A stretch of DNA of 61,618 bases, filler included, from Stramenopiles sp. TOSAG23-3 (GCA_900128585.1; 16 parts of 16 records of this genome joined end to end with filler, not necessarily neighbours in it); one strand, 5' to 3'; positions 1-11,446 are shown, counted from the whole stretch's first letter. Notes: a model not told the origin generated them from the letters alone. Made by a program: numbers and translations.

Positions 1-75
1 GAAGAAGAAGAAGAAGAAGAAGAAGAAGAAGAAGAAAAAAGAAGAAAAGAAGAAGAAAGAAGAAGAAAGAAGATG
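1..75. repeat. (GAA)n microsatellite at contig start
   Basis: Direct gaagaagaa run. Confidence 0.95.
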
Positions 76-312
76 ATTAGAATAATAATAATAAAATGGA
101 AGAAAGAAATGGTGTATCTTTTTTTTTAGAAGTATCTATATTGACTCACAATTTAAATAGAGGTTATAAATGTATAAAAAAGCATTTTGAGTTTGAGTGT
201 GAGTGTGTGTGTTTGTGTCTGAGAAAACGAGGTTAATATATACATCGACAAGTTTTACTATATTTTTTCCTTCTTTTTTGTACCGATAGTTGGTTGTTTC
301 GTTGGACGACAT

Positions 313-1713
313 ATGAAGGTTCTCAGCGTGCTTTTTGTTGGCAGCGCGCCGCTGCTTGGCTCGTTCGGGTGGTTCGCAGGTGCGGTATCGAGCGGGTCGG
401 GGTTGAAGAAACGAACGCTGGTGCTGTTAGACTCCGTTGACCAGGCAGATAATGAATTTAGCGAGTTTTTTCAACTCTTGAAAGGCCGAAACCATGAGCT
501 GACCGTGCGCGCTGCGGCGGACATGCAGAACGCGCTGGAAAAGTACGGAGAGTATTTGTACGACAACGTGCTCGTCTTTGCACCAGGCGCCGATGACTTT
601 GGCGCGTTCGACGCCTCGGACCTGCTTACGTTTGTTAATGACGCCGGGGGCAATGTTCTGGTCGCGCTCGATGTGAAAATCGGGGAAGCCACCCGCGAGT
701 TTGTGGCCCACTGCGGCTTCTCGTTGTACAAAGAAGGGGAGGCGGTGGTGGACGATTTTACATACGACGCGAAGGACTCGGGGGACCACACCCTGTTTCA
801 CACGGACCAGGTTGTTTCCAATGGGATGCTTCTCGGCGGGGGCAGCAAGTCACTCTTTCAGGAAGAACCGCTTCTGTTCAAAGGGGTGGGCGTAAAGTTG
901 AACAACAAGAAAGGTGCAGGAAAGCAGGTGCTTCGGTTTGGCATTGCCCGGGCGAAACGGACCGCCTACAATGCGGAGCCTTCCGCTGCTGCGAAAACGA
1001 TGCCGTCCCAGCAGGGTGGGAAAGGGATAGTGTTGGTGAGCGGGGTGCAGGCGAGGAACAACGCGCGGGTAATAGTCTCGGGGTCCATTGACATGTTCAA
1101 AAACAGCCTAATGAACCAGAACGTCGCGCTTGGCATGGGTAACAAAGAAGTCTCGGCCCATTCGGGCAACAGAAAGTTTGCGGACGGCATTACGAAGTGG
1201 AATTTTGGCGAGGCGGGGGTCCTCCGAGCGGGTGGTGCGGAGCATCGGCGGGTTGTGGAAGGAGGCGAGGAGCAGAAGTGGGCCCGCGGGAACAGCGTGT
1301 ACCGTGTCGGAGACAAGGTGGAGTACCGTTTGCGTGTCGAAGAGTGGCATGGGACGGACGGGGCGTGGAGACCGTTTGCGGGGAAGGACATTCCGTTCAA
1401 AATGGTCCTGCTCGAGCCGAAGGTCAACAAAACGCTCACGGACGACGCCGGCGACGGGCTCTACACGACTCTGCTCCGTGCCCCCGAACAGTCAGGCGTG
1501 TACAAACTTAGCGTCAACTACGACCGACTGGGCTACTCCTCGATATCGTCCACCGTGAGTGTCACCGTTCGACCGATCGGAACGGGAGACCAGGACCACT
1601 TTGTTGTCGCTTCGTACCCTTACTACGCGTCGTTCATCCTCCTGCTCGTCGCGTTTGGCAAGTTCCTGGCCGCCTTCAAGGCCGCCCCAGAAAAGGGGGA
1701 GAAAGGGGAATAA
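313..1713 (+). CDS. DDOST: Oligosaccharyltransferase 48 kDa subunit (OST48/WBP1)
   Basis: Signal peptide; RTLVLLD, YGEYLYDNVLVFAP, FVNDAGGNVLVA, QARNNARVIVSGSIDMF, GVYKLSVNYDRLGYS, SYPYYAS followed by a C-terminal TM helix. Confidence 0.95.
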   Translation: MKVLSVLFVGSAPLLGSFGWFAGAVSSGSGLKKRTLVLLDSVDQADNEFSEFFQLLKGRNHELTVRAAADMQNALEKYGEYLYDNVLVFAPGADDFGAFDASDLLTFVNDAGGNVLVALDVKIGEATREFVAHCGFSLYKEGEAVVDDFTYDAKDSGDHTLFHTDQVVSNGMLLGGGSKSLFQEEPLLFKGVGVKLNNKKGAGKQVLRFGIARAKRTAYNAEPSAAAKTMPSQQGGKGIVLVSGVQARNNARVIVSGSIDMFKNSLMNQNVALGMGNKEVSAHSGNRKFADGITKWNFGEAGVLRAGGAEHRRVVEGGEEQKWARGNSVYRVGDKVEYRLRVEEWHGTDGAWRPFAGKDIPFKMVLLEPKVNKTLTDDAGDGLYTTLLRAPEQSGVYKLSVNYDRLGYSSISSTVSVTVRPIGTGDQDHFVVASYPYYASFILLLVAFGKFLAAFKAAPEKGEKGE

Positions 1714-1979
1714 ATTTGTTTTTTTAATTAAATACTTGTTTCATGCTATAATTCTTACAAGCGAAACTTACTATAAAATTCTTAAAAGAAAATAAGAAAA
1801 CAAAATATATTATATATATATTGCTGTATCATTTATTTTTTTTTTTTAATATATTGCTGTAATTTGTTTTTATATGTTGCTGTTATTTTGTAGTGATAAT
1901 TAATTTTAATCGGTCTTTCATCATATACAATACCTACCCGCGCAAATGTACTGACAGTACGAGATCAACTGGTCACATC

Positions 1980-3608
1980 CTACGCTGGCTGGTTGATCTC
2001 TTTGAGCGCTTCGAGCGTTTCTTTCTTCTTTCGTTCGTCCTCTTTATCGTAGCACTCGCGCTGCTTCTCAATGATTACGTCCTCCTGCTCGTCCTTTTTC
2101 GTCATGATATCGATGATGGCGTCCTCTTCGTCAATGGCATCTTTCATTTTTGAACTCTCGGAGAAAGTGAAATCTTCAAACTTCTGCAAGTGGTTGTCCG
2201 CCGCCTCCGGGGTCAGCCTCGCCGGCATCTTGGTGAACCCTTTGTCGAAGTTGCCAATGTCCGTTTCTCCCTTGACTTTTGGCAGAAAGGGCGGCTTGAT
2301 TTCCCTGCGCTTGAGCGCGTCCCAGTCCATCTTCTCGTAAAACGGGTGCTCCATGATTTTCTGGTGGTCGTTGTTCGCGCCGAGGCGCTCTTCTAGCTTT
2401 CGCGACAGCAGGCCCTCCATCATGCTCTTCGCTTTTTCGGAAATGTCAAACTTGTCCGGGAAAACCAGGGAGGCGTGCAGAATTTTCTGCATCATGGTCC
2501 GGATGTTTTTGTCGTAGAACGGCGGCCACCCCGTGAACATTTCGTACATCAGCGTCCCGAGGCTCCACCAGTCCACACTATTCCCGTACCCCTCCTGCGT
2601 TTTCCTATGGTATATCATCTCCGGGGAGAGGTACTCTGGGGTCCCGCAGAACGTCATCGCGCCGTGCTCGCCATCTTCCATGTCGTCGCGGGAGAGGCCA
2701 AAGTCGGTGATCCGAACGTGGCCCTCGTGGTCCAAGAGCACGTTCTCCGGCTTCAGGTCCCGGTACACGATCTTGTGCGAGTGCAGGTGCGACAGGGCGC
2801 AGAATATTTCTGCACTGTAAAACCGGACCATGTCCTCGTTGAAGACTTTCATCCGCTTCAAGTGGAAGAACAGCTCCCCGCCACGGCAGTAGTCGGTGAC
2901 AAAGTACAGCTTGTCCTCGCTCTGGAACGCGTACCGGAGCGTTACAATGAACGGGTGGTCCGTGGTCCCCATGATGCGGCGCTCCGTCTTGGTGTGCTCG
3001 ATTTGCTTCCGACGGATGACCTCGCTCTTCTTCAAGACCTTCATCGCGTACACCTGCTTCGTCGCCAGGAGGCGCACCAGGAAGACCTTCCCGAACGAGC
3101 CTTTCCCGAGGACGCGCATCAGCTCGAAGTCGTTCATCCCGTACTTTTTCGAGGAGCCGTCTCCCCCTTTGTACATGGCGGACGGGACGTGGTCCGCCAG
3201 GGACAGGAAGCGGTTGAAATCGAACGGGCGAGGGTGCAGGTTTATGAGGTGCTGCAAGTACTCGACGAACAGGCCCCGGCGTTCCTCTACGGTCTTTTTA
3301 GCCATGTTCGAAAAAAGGCGCTTCGTTGGGAATCGGAGCGTCTTCACCATGGCGAACTTCCTTCGCAGCAGCCTGTGCAAGATGTAAAACTCGCTGTAGC
3401 GCCTGTCAACCGTGAACGTCTTTCCGTCCGTCAGGGTCACTTTCACCGTGTAGTACGTGTACGAGGATGGCTGAAAGGTCAGCTTTGCGAACAGGCTGAC
3501 CTTTGCAGGGTCTTTTTGGCGGGAGCCGGTCTCTGGGACACTAATGCTCTTCAGGTCCACGGCCCCTTTACTCTCCGCCCCGTCGTCCCCAGATACCACG
3601 CTCGCCAT
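1980..3608 (-). CDS. PX-domain AGC kinase (SGK3/Ypk-like)
   Basis: PX motif VDRRYSEFYILHRLL; kinase motifs LGKGSFGKV, YAMKVL, YRDLKPEN, DFG, TFCGTPEY; hydrophobic motif FEDFTF. First ATG is at 3608 (the track starts at TTG 3674). Confidence 0.92.
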   Translation of the reverse strand: MASVVSGDDGAESKGAVDLKSISVPETGSRQKDPAKVSLFAKLTFQPSSYTYYTVKVTLTDGKTFTVDRRYSEFYILHRLLRRKFAMVKTLRFPTKRLFSNMAKKTVEERRGLFVEYLQHLINLHPRPFDFNRFLSLADHVPSAMYKGGDGSSKKYGMNDFELMRVLGKGSFGKVFLVRLLATKQVYAMKVLKKSEVIRRKQIEHTKTERRIMGTTDHPFIVTLRYAFQSEDKLYFVTDYCRGGELFFHLKRMKVFNEDMVRFYSAEIFCALSHLHSHKIVYRDLKPENVLLDHEGHVRITDFGLSRDDMEDGEHGAMTFCGTPEYLSPEMIYHRKTQEGYGNSVDWWSLGTLMYEMFTGWPPFYDKNIRTMMQKILHASLVFPDKFDISEKAKSMMEGLLSRKLEERLGANNDHQKIMEHPFYEKMDWDALKRREIKPPFLPKVKGETDIGNFDKGFTKMPARLTPEAADNHLQKFEDFTFSESSKMKDAIDEEDAIIDIMTKKDEQEDVIIEKQRECYDKEDERKKKETLEALKEINQPA

Positions 3609-3877
3609 ATGGGGGTGAATCCGTTTCGGTTTTGTTTTTTTGGGGTTTTTTGGGTATCGACCGTCCTTCTTCAATGGTTTAATACAGTTTATCCTTGTGT
3701 TTTATATCTTGACTTTTGTGGGTTAAAGTTTACAGCTGTTTGTACTGAACTGAACGTGCCTCTTCTTTTTTTCTTTCNNNNNNNNNNNNNNNNNNNNNNN
3801 NNNNNNNNNNNNNNNNNNNNNTTAATTAATTAANNNNNNNNNNNNNNNNNNNNNNNNNNNNNNNNNNNNNNNNNNNN

Positions 3878-5450
3878 GGTCGGTAATGGTCTTTTTTTCA
3901 CCATTTTCGTTGACCGTCTCAACTTCGGTAGTAATGACTTGGTCGTCGTCCATGGGCCGCGGCTTCGATTGTATCTGCGCTTGTTCATCGTTTGCTCGCG
4001 CGATTCGTTCTTCTATGGCATTTTCTATTCCCTTTCCAAGCACTTTGCTGACCTCTTTTATGTCAATGTTTCTATCACCATTTGAGTCAAAAAAGTTTGC
4101 AAAGTCTTCGTAGTCCTTGGGGTAGAAAATTCCCTTTGATTCCTCTTCTTTTTTCACCCTGTCCTCCAATTCCGTATCATTTTTCCAGTCGTCCTTGGTT
4201 GATATCGGTTCACCCGTAAACACATTTCGTACAACGGCAATAAATTCCGACATTTCATAAGAATATGTTCCGTTAGCAATTTTGTTTTTGAAGTATTCAA
4301 ATACGTCATAATCTGAGCTGTTTTCTGATTTCGCGTTGGCCCCTCCCCCATTCACTAGAATCTCACGGATTTCAGACAAGATGGTGTCTACATTTGATCC
4401 CGGCGCAACTTTTCCAGTTACAACAGAGTATAGCTTGCTGTATTCCACACTGTTTCGTTTATTGTTCATATTTTTTTCACTCCCATGATCTCTGTCTGCA
4501 ACATCGAAGCGTTTCAACACTTCTGCAATCTGCAGGTCGTCCAGTCCAATAGTTTCTGCCAACCCCGCCTTAAATTCCGCCGCTTGGAGTGAGTGGCTGT
4601 TGTCGGCGTCGTACTTGTCGAAGAAATCTTGCAAAGTCATGTGCTTTGACACCAGCTTTTTTTCTATTTTCTCAAAGATATCATGGATGTCCTGCCCTTC
4701 GTTTGCGGCGGCGCCTCCATCTTTGTTTTTTGCTCTTGCACTTCTGGGAGATCCCTTTCTCCGGGGAGATCGCGCGGTTTTGACGTTATGTTTGTACTTT
4801 CCTCCACTTCTTGGTGATTTTGGTTCATGAACGACTTTTTGCTTTTCAAAATCAATGTCAAAGAACACAGACCCAAGCTTTCTTTGTTGAAACTCAGCCG
4901 CGGTCTTGAAGTACTTTTTGTCGTATTTCTCCCATTTCTTCTTCTTTGGGACGATGTTGAACGGCAATTCGACGTTTTTCAACCCTCCATTCCCTTCTTT
5001 GGACTTTAAGCCGTTGTCCGGCTCTCCTTGTACGCGGGTACTGCTGAAGTACTCCTTGGGCAGTATAAACTCCGCGCTCCCAACGAAATCACTTTTATTA
5101 TTCGGGTCCATGTCACGGACTTCAAAGAACAGCTTAGTCACCACACTGCTTTGCGCCCTTGCCTCCTCTTCTTCCACGGGCGCTACGTATGGAATTCTCA
5201 GGACCCTTTTGTGTTTGTCTTCAAACACTGGGTTTCGACCTCCATTGTTGACATCTTTCGTTTTTTTAACTGCTCCATCTTTTTCGACGTCATCCCACGA
5301 ACCGCGGACGGTTACAAACGGGTCAATTGGGCCACCTGTGAACCAGTTTCCTTTCGTATCTGCATCGAACAAATCAGTACATCGAAGGATAGTTATTATA
5401 AACGTACCATTTTCCCTGACGTGTTCTTCCTCCTCTTGGAACTCAGACAT
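3878..5450 (-). CDS. C2-domain + EF-hand Ca2+-binding protein, 3' truncated at contig end
   Basis: C2 motifs ITILRCTDLFDADT, DPFVTV, GGRNPVF, FEVRDMDPNNKSDFVGSAEF; EF loops DADNSHSLQAAEF and DSNGDRNIDIKEV. Confidence 0.85.
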
Positions 5451-6483
5451 GTTGTTCGTCGAAGGTATTCAAAAACTCTGCCAGAATAATTATAAATTTT
5501 GGCGGGTAAGTTTACGAAAACAACAAATCTGTATTGAATGTGTTTAAAATTTACAATGTTACTCTTGTTGTTGAAATGAATGATTTTCGATTTGATTGGT
5601 TTCCTCATTCGTCGTGTAAATGGACATTAGTACAACTTAAAGGTAAAATAAATAATACTTGCACGGTTGGTAAATAACAGATAGTAGTCTAAGAAGAAGA
5701 AGAAAAAAAATCATAATCATCTTCTTCTACAGTTTTACTGTGTGTCTATTATATTGTATTTGCCTTTTATGGAAAAAATGGTGGTCAGAGTCATAAAAAA
5801 ATAACGGCCCATAGTAATTTTTCAATTTCAACGCTATATTTATGTTATATATATTTTTTTAATAACTGTCAAGTCAAGAACAACACACACAGATTTACTT
5901 CCTTCTCCCTTTTATTATTTTTTGAATGAAACAACAAACAACCACTCCTTGTACAGTACGGTAATATTAGAACACGGACTATTACCTGGGTACCAGGCAG
6001 GAGGTACAGACTTCCCTGAAAATAGCCGTAGTAATTTTAAATAGGTAAATAGTATGATCGATAATTATTCGTAATAAATAAGTAGTCTAAAAACACAGTC
6101 TGGAGTGAGATGACGATGAAGTTGTTGATTTTTTTATTATGATTTTATTTTTTTTTTTGTCGTTGGTGTGTGTTGTTGTTGTTGGTACTATGTGATCGTT
6201 CGTTCATTCTTTTCTTCTTCTTCTTCGTCATTATTATTATTATTCGTCGTAATCGTAATAACTAGTGGATAAAAAATGGTACCAAGTACAGTAGTATTGT
6301 TCGGGAATTACTAGAGATTATAGAACACAGTAAAGTTTTTTCAACTAGAACTAGAACTAACTTTACAGTTTGTATACAAAGCATTGTTGGTAGGAGGGTT
6401 GTTCTGGATTTTTCGAAAGGGTTTTTGCGTCGTTAGTTGTAAATGTCGCACGAGGGTAGAAAGTAGTAGACGACTCCCGAACA

Positions 6484-7491
6484 ATGTCGACTGTTATGGA
6501 CGTGGAGACGGGGTTGCACCCACGTCGGAACGTAGGGGAAGCCACGGTAGAAACATATATGCCGGAGAAGGATCCTAAAGGACTTCGGCCAGCTTCTGAG
6601 ACGCCAGCATATTTGATGCGAAGGCCATACATTTTGAACTACTATCGTGTAAATTATACAGCTTGGGATTGCATAAAGTCGCTGTTTACTTTGCACAACG
6701 AAACAGCCAATATTTGGACACATATAGTAGGATTTTTCATTTGGCTGGCAATGCTCAAGTCAACGACGCAAGAACAAACCTTTTTGAAAGCAGACACATA
6801 CACTCAGTTCTTTACCGTTTTGTCGTACATATTGTGCATGTGCATGCCGTTTTTTTCGTCGGTTTACCATTGTTTTAACTCGACAGTCTCTTGTGCATGT
6901 TTTTTCGATTACAAGACCAGCACCGCTACATCCAGTCCTGCAGAAATCTTCCTGCTAAGGATGGATTTGTTAGGCATTGCATGCTTATGGTTTGCCCGAT
7001 TGCTAATGGAAGGTCACCTTGTGTGGTGGTGCCAGCGCGATGTTTTCTACAACGTTCTCATCTTTTCCTCTGCAATTTTTTTGTTTGCATCCTCGATTTT
7101 GGTGTACAAATTAAACCTGGCGGCGTTGGGACCTCTGTTTGTTTTGGTCCACCTGCCTTTGCTTTGGCTTCTGTTCGTTGGCGACGGGACGGTTAAAAAT
7201 ACAAACTCTCTCTCTCCTACTGGGAAAGGTTTGTCTCTAGAATCACATGGAGACTTAACATCACATGTGTTGTACTCCATATCGGGCACCTTGTGCGCGT
7301 TCGTCGCTTTTTTCATTTACAAGAAAAACATACCTGAAAAATGGAACCCTGGATATTTTGACTTGTTCGGTTCGAGCCACAACTGGTGGCACATTTTTAC
7401 CTGGCTAGGGCCGACATTTGTTTTGCAAGGGTTGTTTAAGTTTATGGTGTACAGGGTAGAAGGAATCGGACAACACTGTGCAGCAAATTGA
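6484..7491 (+). CDS. PAQR / adiponectin-receptor (HlyIII) family 7TM protein
   Basis: YILNYYR, SLFTLHNETANIWTH, SSVYHCF, RMDLLGI, IPEKWNPGYFDLFGSSHNWWH. Confidence 0.93.
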   Translation: MSTVMDVETGLHPRRNVGEATVETYMPEKDPKGLRPASETPAYLMRRPYILNYYRVNYTAWDCIKSLFTLHNETANIWTHIVGFFIWLAMLKSTTQEQTFLKADTYTQFFTVLSYILCMCMPFFSSVYHCFNSTVSCACFFDYKTSTATSSPAEIFLLRMDLLGIACLWFARLLMEGHLVWWCQRDVFYNVLIFSSAIFLFASSILVYKLNLAALGPLFVLVHLPLLWLLFVGDGTVKNTNSLSPTGKGLSLESHGDLTSHVLYSISGTLCAFVAFFIYKKNIPEKWNPGYFDLFGSSHNWWHIFTWLGPTFVLQGLFKFMVYRVEGIGQHCAAN

Positions 7492-7809
7492 CCTCTTACA
7501 CCCGTCTGATTTGGTAGTTTCCTGACAAATAACATTTTCAAACCAGTTTTTTGTCTTTAATTAAGAGAGTACTAAATCTTTACGAATTTAAGAAAATTCC
7601 AGAAAGGGACATATTTTTTAAAATCAACTTCAAAGGTTCATTAAAATACTGGACNNNNNNNNNNNNNNNNNNNNNNNNNNNNNNNNNNNNNNNNNNNNTT
7701 AATTAATTAANNNNNNNNNNNNNNNNNNNNNNNNNNNNNNNNNNNNNNNNNNNNTACCGATCATTATTTCATTGAGCAGTACCACAGACAACGATTTCAT
7801 GTTGCCAGT

Positions 7810-9297
7810 TTACGGAGCAGCGAACATTCGCACAGCCCCATCGGGGGCTGTGGCGACGTCAGGGTCCAACGTAAAAAATACGAGCGAGTATCTGTCGCCC
7901 CCACCATGTCCACGTACCCAGTGAACATACCGACCGTCGCAACATGCAATCTTATCGTGAGTGTCCACCACTTCAACTATTCTATCTATTCCATTCTCTT
8001 CGCTCGGCTGCTCCACGCACAACTGCCCGCCTAAAGTAAAATCACCAAGAGATATGGTGTATTGGTAGCTTGTGTCTAAATTGTCCGTGTGGGGACTTCC
8101 AACAAAGTTTTTTGTGACCGCTATATGCGTATAAGCAAACGCAGAGTCTGCCCACTGCATGAGTTGTTCGCATGAGGCGTGCAGCCCTGCAAAGTCCGGA
8201 TAAGGAGTCCGCCCTCGGCAAATGACAAGGTACTGCTGCGAGTTGACCGTTTTGCGGTGCCGTTTGGTGGGCCATCGAAGAGTTTGTAGCTGCAATAAAA
8301 GTGTGTCTCTAATCTTCGGAGGGACAGGCTTGCCCTTGTGCCTTCGAGTACGTACACTGACAGATGCGTGGTACATGGCCAGCCTCTTCCGCATAGACCC
8401 GTCGGTATCCTCTGCCCGCAACATTGGCGTGCACGTAGCTATTTGTTCGATCCTTCGTTTGGTATCTTTCCCTGGGAATTTGGTGTCAGCCATGAAGGAG
8501 TCATAAAATTTCTGAAGAGAGGATAGCCTCTGTACAAGCTGTTCCGTTCGAAGTGGCCTTAGCTGGGATTCTAATGGCGGATCCTCTTCAGGATTCAGTG
8601 GCGCAAACGATATGCCCTGTGAAGATTTCGCCCCTTCGCCACCTGGTCCTCTGCGCAACCGTTTCCTGGGTTGCGCAGGCTTCAGCCGCATAGTAAACCC
8701 TTCTTCCAGTTTTCTGCCCTGAAACAAAGTTAGGGCCTTAGCCGCATCCTCCTCGGTAGCAAATGCAATTATAGCATACCCGACCCACTGTTTCTCTCGG
8801 GTAGCCCCTCCCTCGTCACTTGCACCGGTGCGCTTTCCCCTCCAGCCCTTTCTCACCACAATTTTCACCACCGGGACTGGCTCTCCACTTCTAATATTCC
8901 CCCAAAGTATTCTCGACACTGCCTTTTCTGTTGCGTAATTGCTGGGAATACCACCCATCCACAATTCTTGCTGGTGGGCCGTGGTGAATTCGTCTGTGCT
9001 GCTATGTTTTTTCCGCTTTGATTTCTTTTTGGACTGCACTCGTGTTTCACCCGAACGACCCGAGGCCTTTTCTTTCGCGAGCAACGAAGCCCCTTGCACG
9101 CTCAAGAGACTTTGTCTCAAGTCATTTGCACTATGATTTTTGCTACTGCCCATTGCAATTCCCCCGTTTGACAAAACTTGGTTCCCACAATCGTTTGACG
9201 GGTCCCTCAAGTGACGAAACAAAACATTTCTAGAGGGAAACGGCCGCTTGCAAAGTGTACAAGCAACCGGTTTGGCTGCCGTTGCACCAGGGTTCAT
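7810..9297 (-). CDS. Zn-finger + RRM + 2OG-Fe(II) dioxygenase (TET/JBP-like) protein
   Basis: CxxC...FRHL...C finger; RNP2-like LWMGGI and RNP1-like VGYAIIAF; HTD...VHW...RYSLVFF. First ATG is at 9297. Confidence 0.75.
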   Translation of the reverse strand: MNPGATAAKPVACTLCKRPFPSRNVLFRHLRDPSNDCGNQVLSNGGIAMGSSKNHSANDLRQSLLSVQGASLLAKEKASGRSGETRVQSKKKSKRKKHSSTDEFTTAHQQELWMGGIPSNYATEKAVSRILWGNIRSGEPVPVVKIVVRKGWRGKRTGASDEGGATREKQWVGYAIIAFATEEDAAKALTLFQGRKLEEGFTMRLKPAQPRKRLRRGPGGEGAKSSQGISFAPLNPEEDPPLESQLRPLRTEQLVQRLSSLQKFYDSFMADTKFPGKDTKRRIEQIATCTPMLRAEDTDGSMRKRLAMYHASVSVRTRRHKGKPVPPKIRDTLLLQLQTLRWPTKRHRKTVNSQQYLVICRGRTPYPDFAGLHASCEQLMQWADSAFAYTHIAVTKNFVGSPHTDNLDTSYQYTISLGDFTLGGQLCVEQPSEENGIDRIVEVVDTHDKIACCDGRYVHWVRGHGGGDRYSLVFFTLDPDVATAPDGAVRMFAAP

Positions 9298-9739
9298 CCG
9301 TTGTGATGTCTGTGCGCACACCGATGAAAAAAAAACTGGGAATGTGTTATTAGCTTATACGTTATCATTTGTTCTTTAAGATGGGCGTGTGCGACAAAGA
9401 AGAAAAACTGCTATGATTACGTTTGTGCCCACGCTTCGTAAGAGTCCTTGGCAATAACAAAACACTGTGATCAATCAACCGGAGTGAAAGAAGATTATTA
9501 CTATATATGTATAATAATTATTATTAAATAATAAAAAAAAAAAACGACGACGTCGGACGACGGACGTAGGAATTTTCAGTACAGGAACACACCATAAGGG
9601 TGTTTTTTAACTAATACATTGAAAATAGCATGGAAGTGTTTTTTTATTTCATCACAAAAAATGGTTTAGTTTATTTTCACTATACCAATTTATATAGGCT
9701 AATATTACAAGTACGATATTTAAAGCAAAAAAGTCTTCT

Positions 9740-10996
9740 TTATGCAAGCCTCCACAGAAGATCGCAAGTTACAAAGAGAATGATGGCAAAAGGAATGTGA
9801 CAGTATTCCCTGGCTGCACTTCGTGATCCAGCTGATGTATCTGCTTCCTCGTTTTTAGGAACAACGATAGCGGAACCAGATGGAAGGGCTGCAAGGGCCC
9901 CTGAACGCCTGAAGTTCTGGTTGCTTAGGTATCTCCAAGTGAAATTTGCCATCCGATCATCCATGACATGAGTGCCATTTGATATGGCTAGCCTCCTGAT
10001 ATCAAGAGGGGTGGAGGATTCGGTGCAGGGCGAGCGAATGCTCAACTTCGCCGTGGACGGGGTTCCTGCTTTCATATTCACATCTTGAGTTTGCGCTGCA
10101 TTGGGGCAGCCATTCCAAGTTGCCCATTTGGTAAATGGTTCAACATCGAACCATTGATCGTCGGTCCCTCCTGTCAAAAAGGCAGGCATAGGTTGCAGCC
10201 CGAAGCGGGCTTTCTCTGTTGAAAGGTCAGGGTTTTTCTTTTGGTTCAACGTGCCACCGTGACAACCGAAACCAGCAAGGATTGTGGATTTCTCCAAGGC
10301 CAACCGGTGCGACATCATGCACCCCATCGAGAAACCGGTTGCATAAACGCGCTCCGCATCGACACGGCCTTTTGCAGGGTTAGAGTCTGACTGGCTTTTA
10401 ACAATAGTAGCTAACATGTTTGTGAGGAAGGTCAAATCGTCAACTTTATGGATGTCCTTCCCCTCCTCCTTCTGAATGTCATCGCAGTCGGACCCACAAC
10501 TGCCCCACTGGGTTCCATGCCCTTGAGGCCACACTGTAATGAACGCGTTCTTTCCCAGTGTGTCGGACAGTGCCTTAAAACCACTGGCAAGCGCTTGGTG
10601 TGCTGCACAACCCCCGCCCCCATGCATGTCGATTACTAATGGGACTTTTGTCTCACTGGAGTCCGTTTTTACGGCATAGGGCACGTACGTCCACCAGCAT
10701 CGCGGGTTGTTGTTCGGTGGACCGTTGATACAGGTACGAGTGTACCCGGACGGCATGTCTGGGTTATCGGTATCTGTGCACGTACTTTCTTTCTTCTTAC
10801 TATTACCTTCATCCTTACCTTTGTCATCTTTGCTTTTGTCATCTTTGCCGTTATCGCACGCCCATTCACTTTTCTGCCCATTATTGTAGTACCAGCCATC
10901 GGACTCGCAAGTCCACCCACCCTTGTCTCCGCATACGAACACAACGCCACAAACGCACAACAACAAAAGGCAATATAGCCCTGTTGATTTTTTCAT
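9740..10996 (-). CDS. Secreted or anchored alpha/beta esterase (LpqC / PHB-depolymerase / CE1-like)
   Basis: Signal peptide MKKSTGLYCLLLLCVCGVVFVCG; PLVIDMHGGGG, VWPQG, VDDLTFL, RVYATGFSMG, GGTDD, GTH; hydrophobic C-terminus. Confidence 0.85.
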   Translation of the reverse strand: MKKSTGLYCLLLLCVCGVVFVCGDKGGWTCESDGWYYNNGQKSEWACDNGKDDKSKDDKGKDEGNSKKKESTCTDTDNPDMPSGYTRTCINGPPNNNPRCWWTYVPYAVKTDSSETKVPLVIDMHGGGGCAAHQALASGFKALSDTLGKNAFITVWPQGHGTQWGSCGSDCDDIQKEEGKDIHKVDDLTFLTNMLATIVKSQSDSNPAKGRVDAERVYATGFSMGCMMSHRLALEKSTILAGFGCHGGTLNQKKNPDLSTEKARFGLQPMPAFLTGGTDDQWFDVEPFTKWATWNGCPNAAQTQDVNMKAGTPSTAKLSIRSPCTESSTPLDIRRLAISNGTHVMDDRMANFTWRYLSNQNFRRSGALAALPSGSAIVVPKNEEADTSAGSRSAAREYCHIPFAIILFVTCDLLWRLA

Positions 10997-11411
10997 TCTT
11001 TCTCTTTGTTTACTGTTGAATATATTGTCTTGCCTTCTCTTTATCTGCTGTAGGTTCTCGTTTGTACAAAACACAATTCCTTTTCTCTCTTCTTTCAAAT
11101 GCATTATTTGCTCGTTCTTCATGTACTTAATTATTTCTTTCTACTTTTTTCCTCGTCCGTTGTTGTTCGTTGTTGTTTTTTTTTTCTTTTTCTCCTCTCT
11201 TCCCCTCCTCCTCCTCTTCTCCTCCTCTTCTTCTCCTTCCTTCTTCTTTTGTTTCAGTGTTAGTATAAATAAATAAAAGTTCTTAATAAAAACAAGAATC
11301 GAAATTATTGTACCTATATTATATAATTACACATTTTGATAGACTAGACTATTAGAGAACAGAAATAGAAAAAAAGAACAAAAGAATAAAATTTTATTTT
11401 TCCTTGTTCCA

Positions 11412-11446
11412 CTCATTCCCTCATTCCCTCATTCCCTCATTCCCTC
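11412..11446. repeat. (CTCATTCC)x4 tandem repeat
   Basis: Direct reading. Confidence 0.85.

Noticed and set aside
2475-3833. 452-aa + strand ORF opposite the kinase, and similar antisense ORFs elsewhere
   Set aside because: Shadow ORFs caused by GC-rich codon bias in real genes; no motifs, and this one ends in the linker.
3822-3833. TTAATTAATTAA recurring every ~3.8 kb as a repeat, CRISPR or telomere-like unit
   Set aside because: Synthetic six-frame stop linker embedded in Ns.
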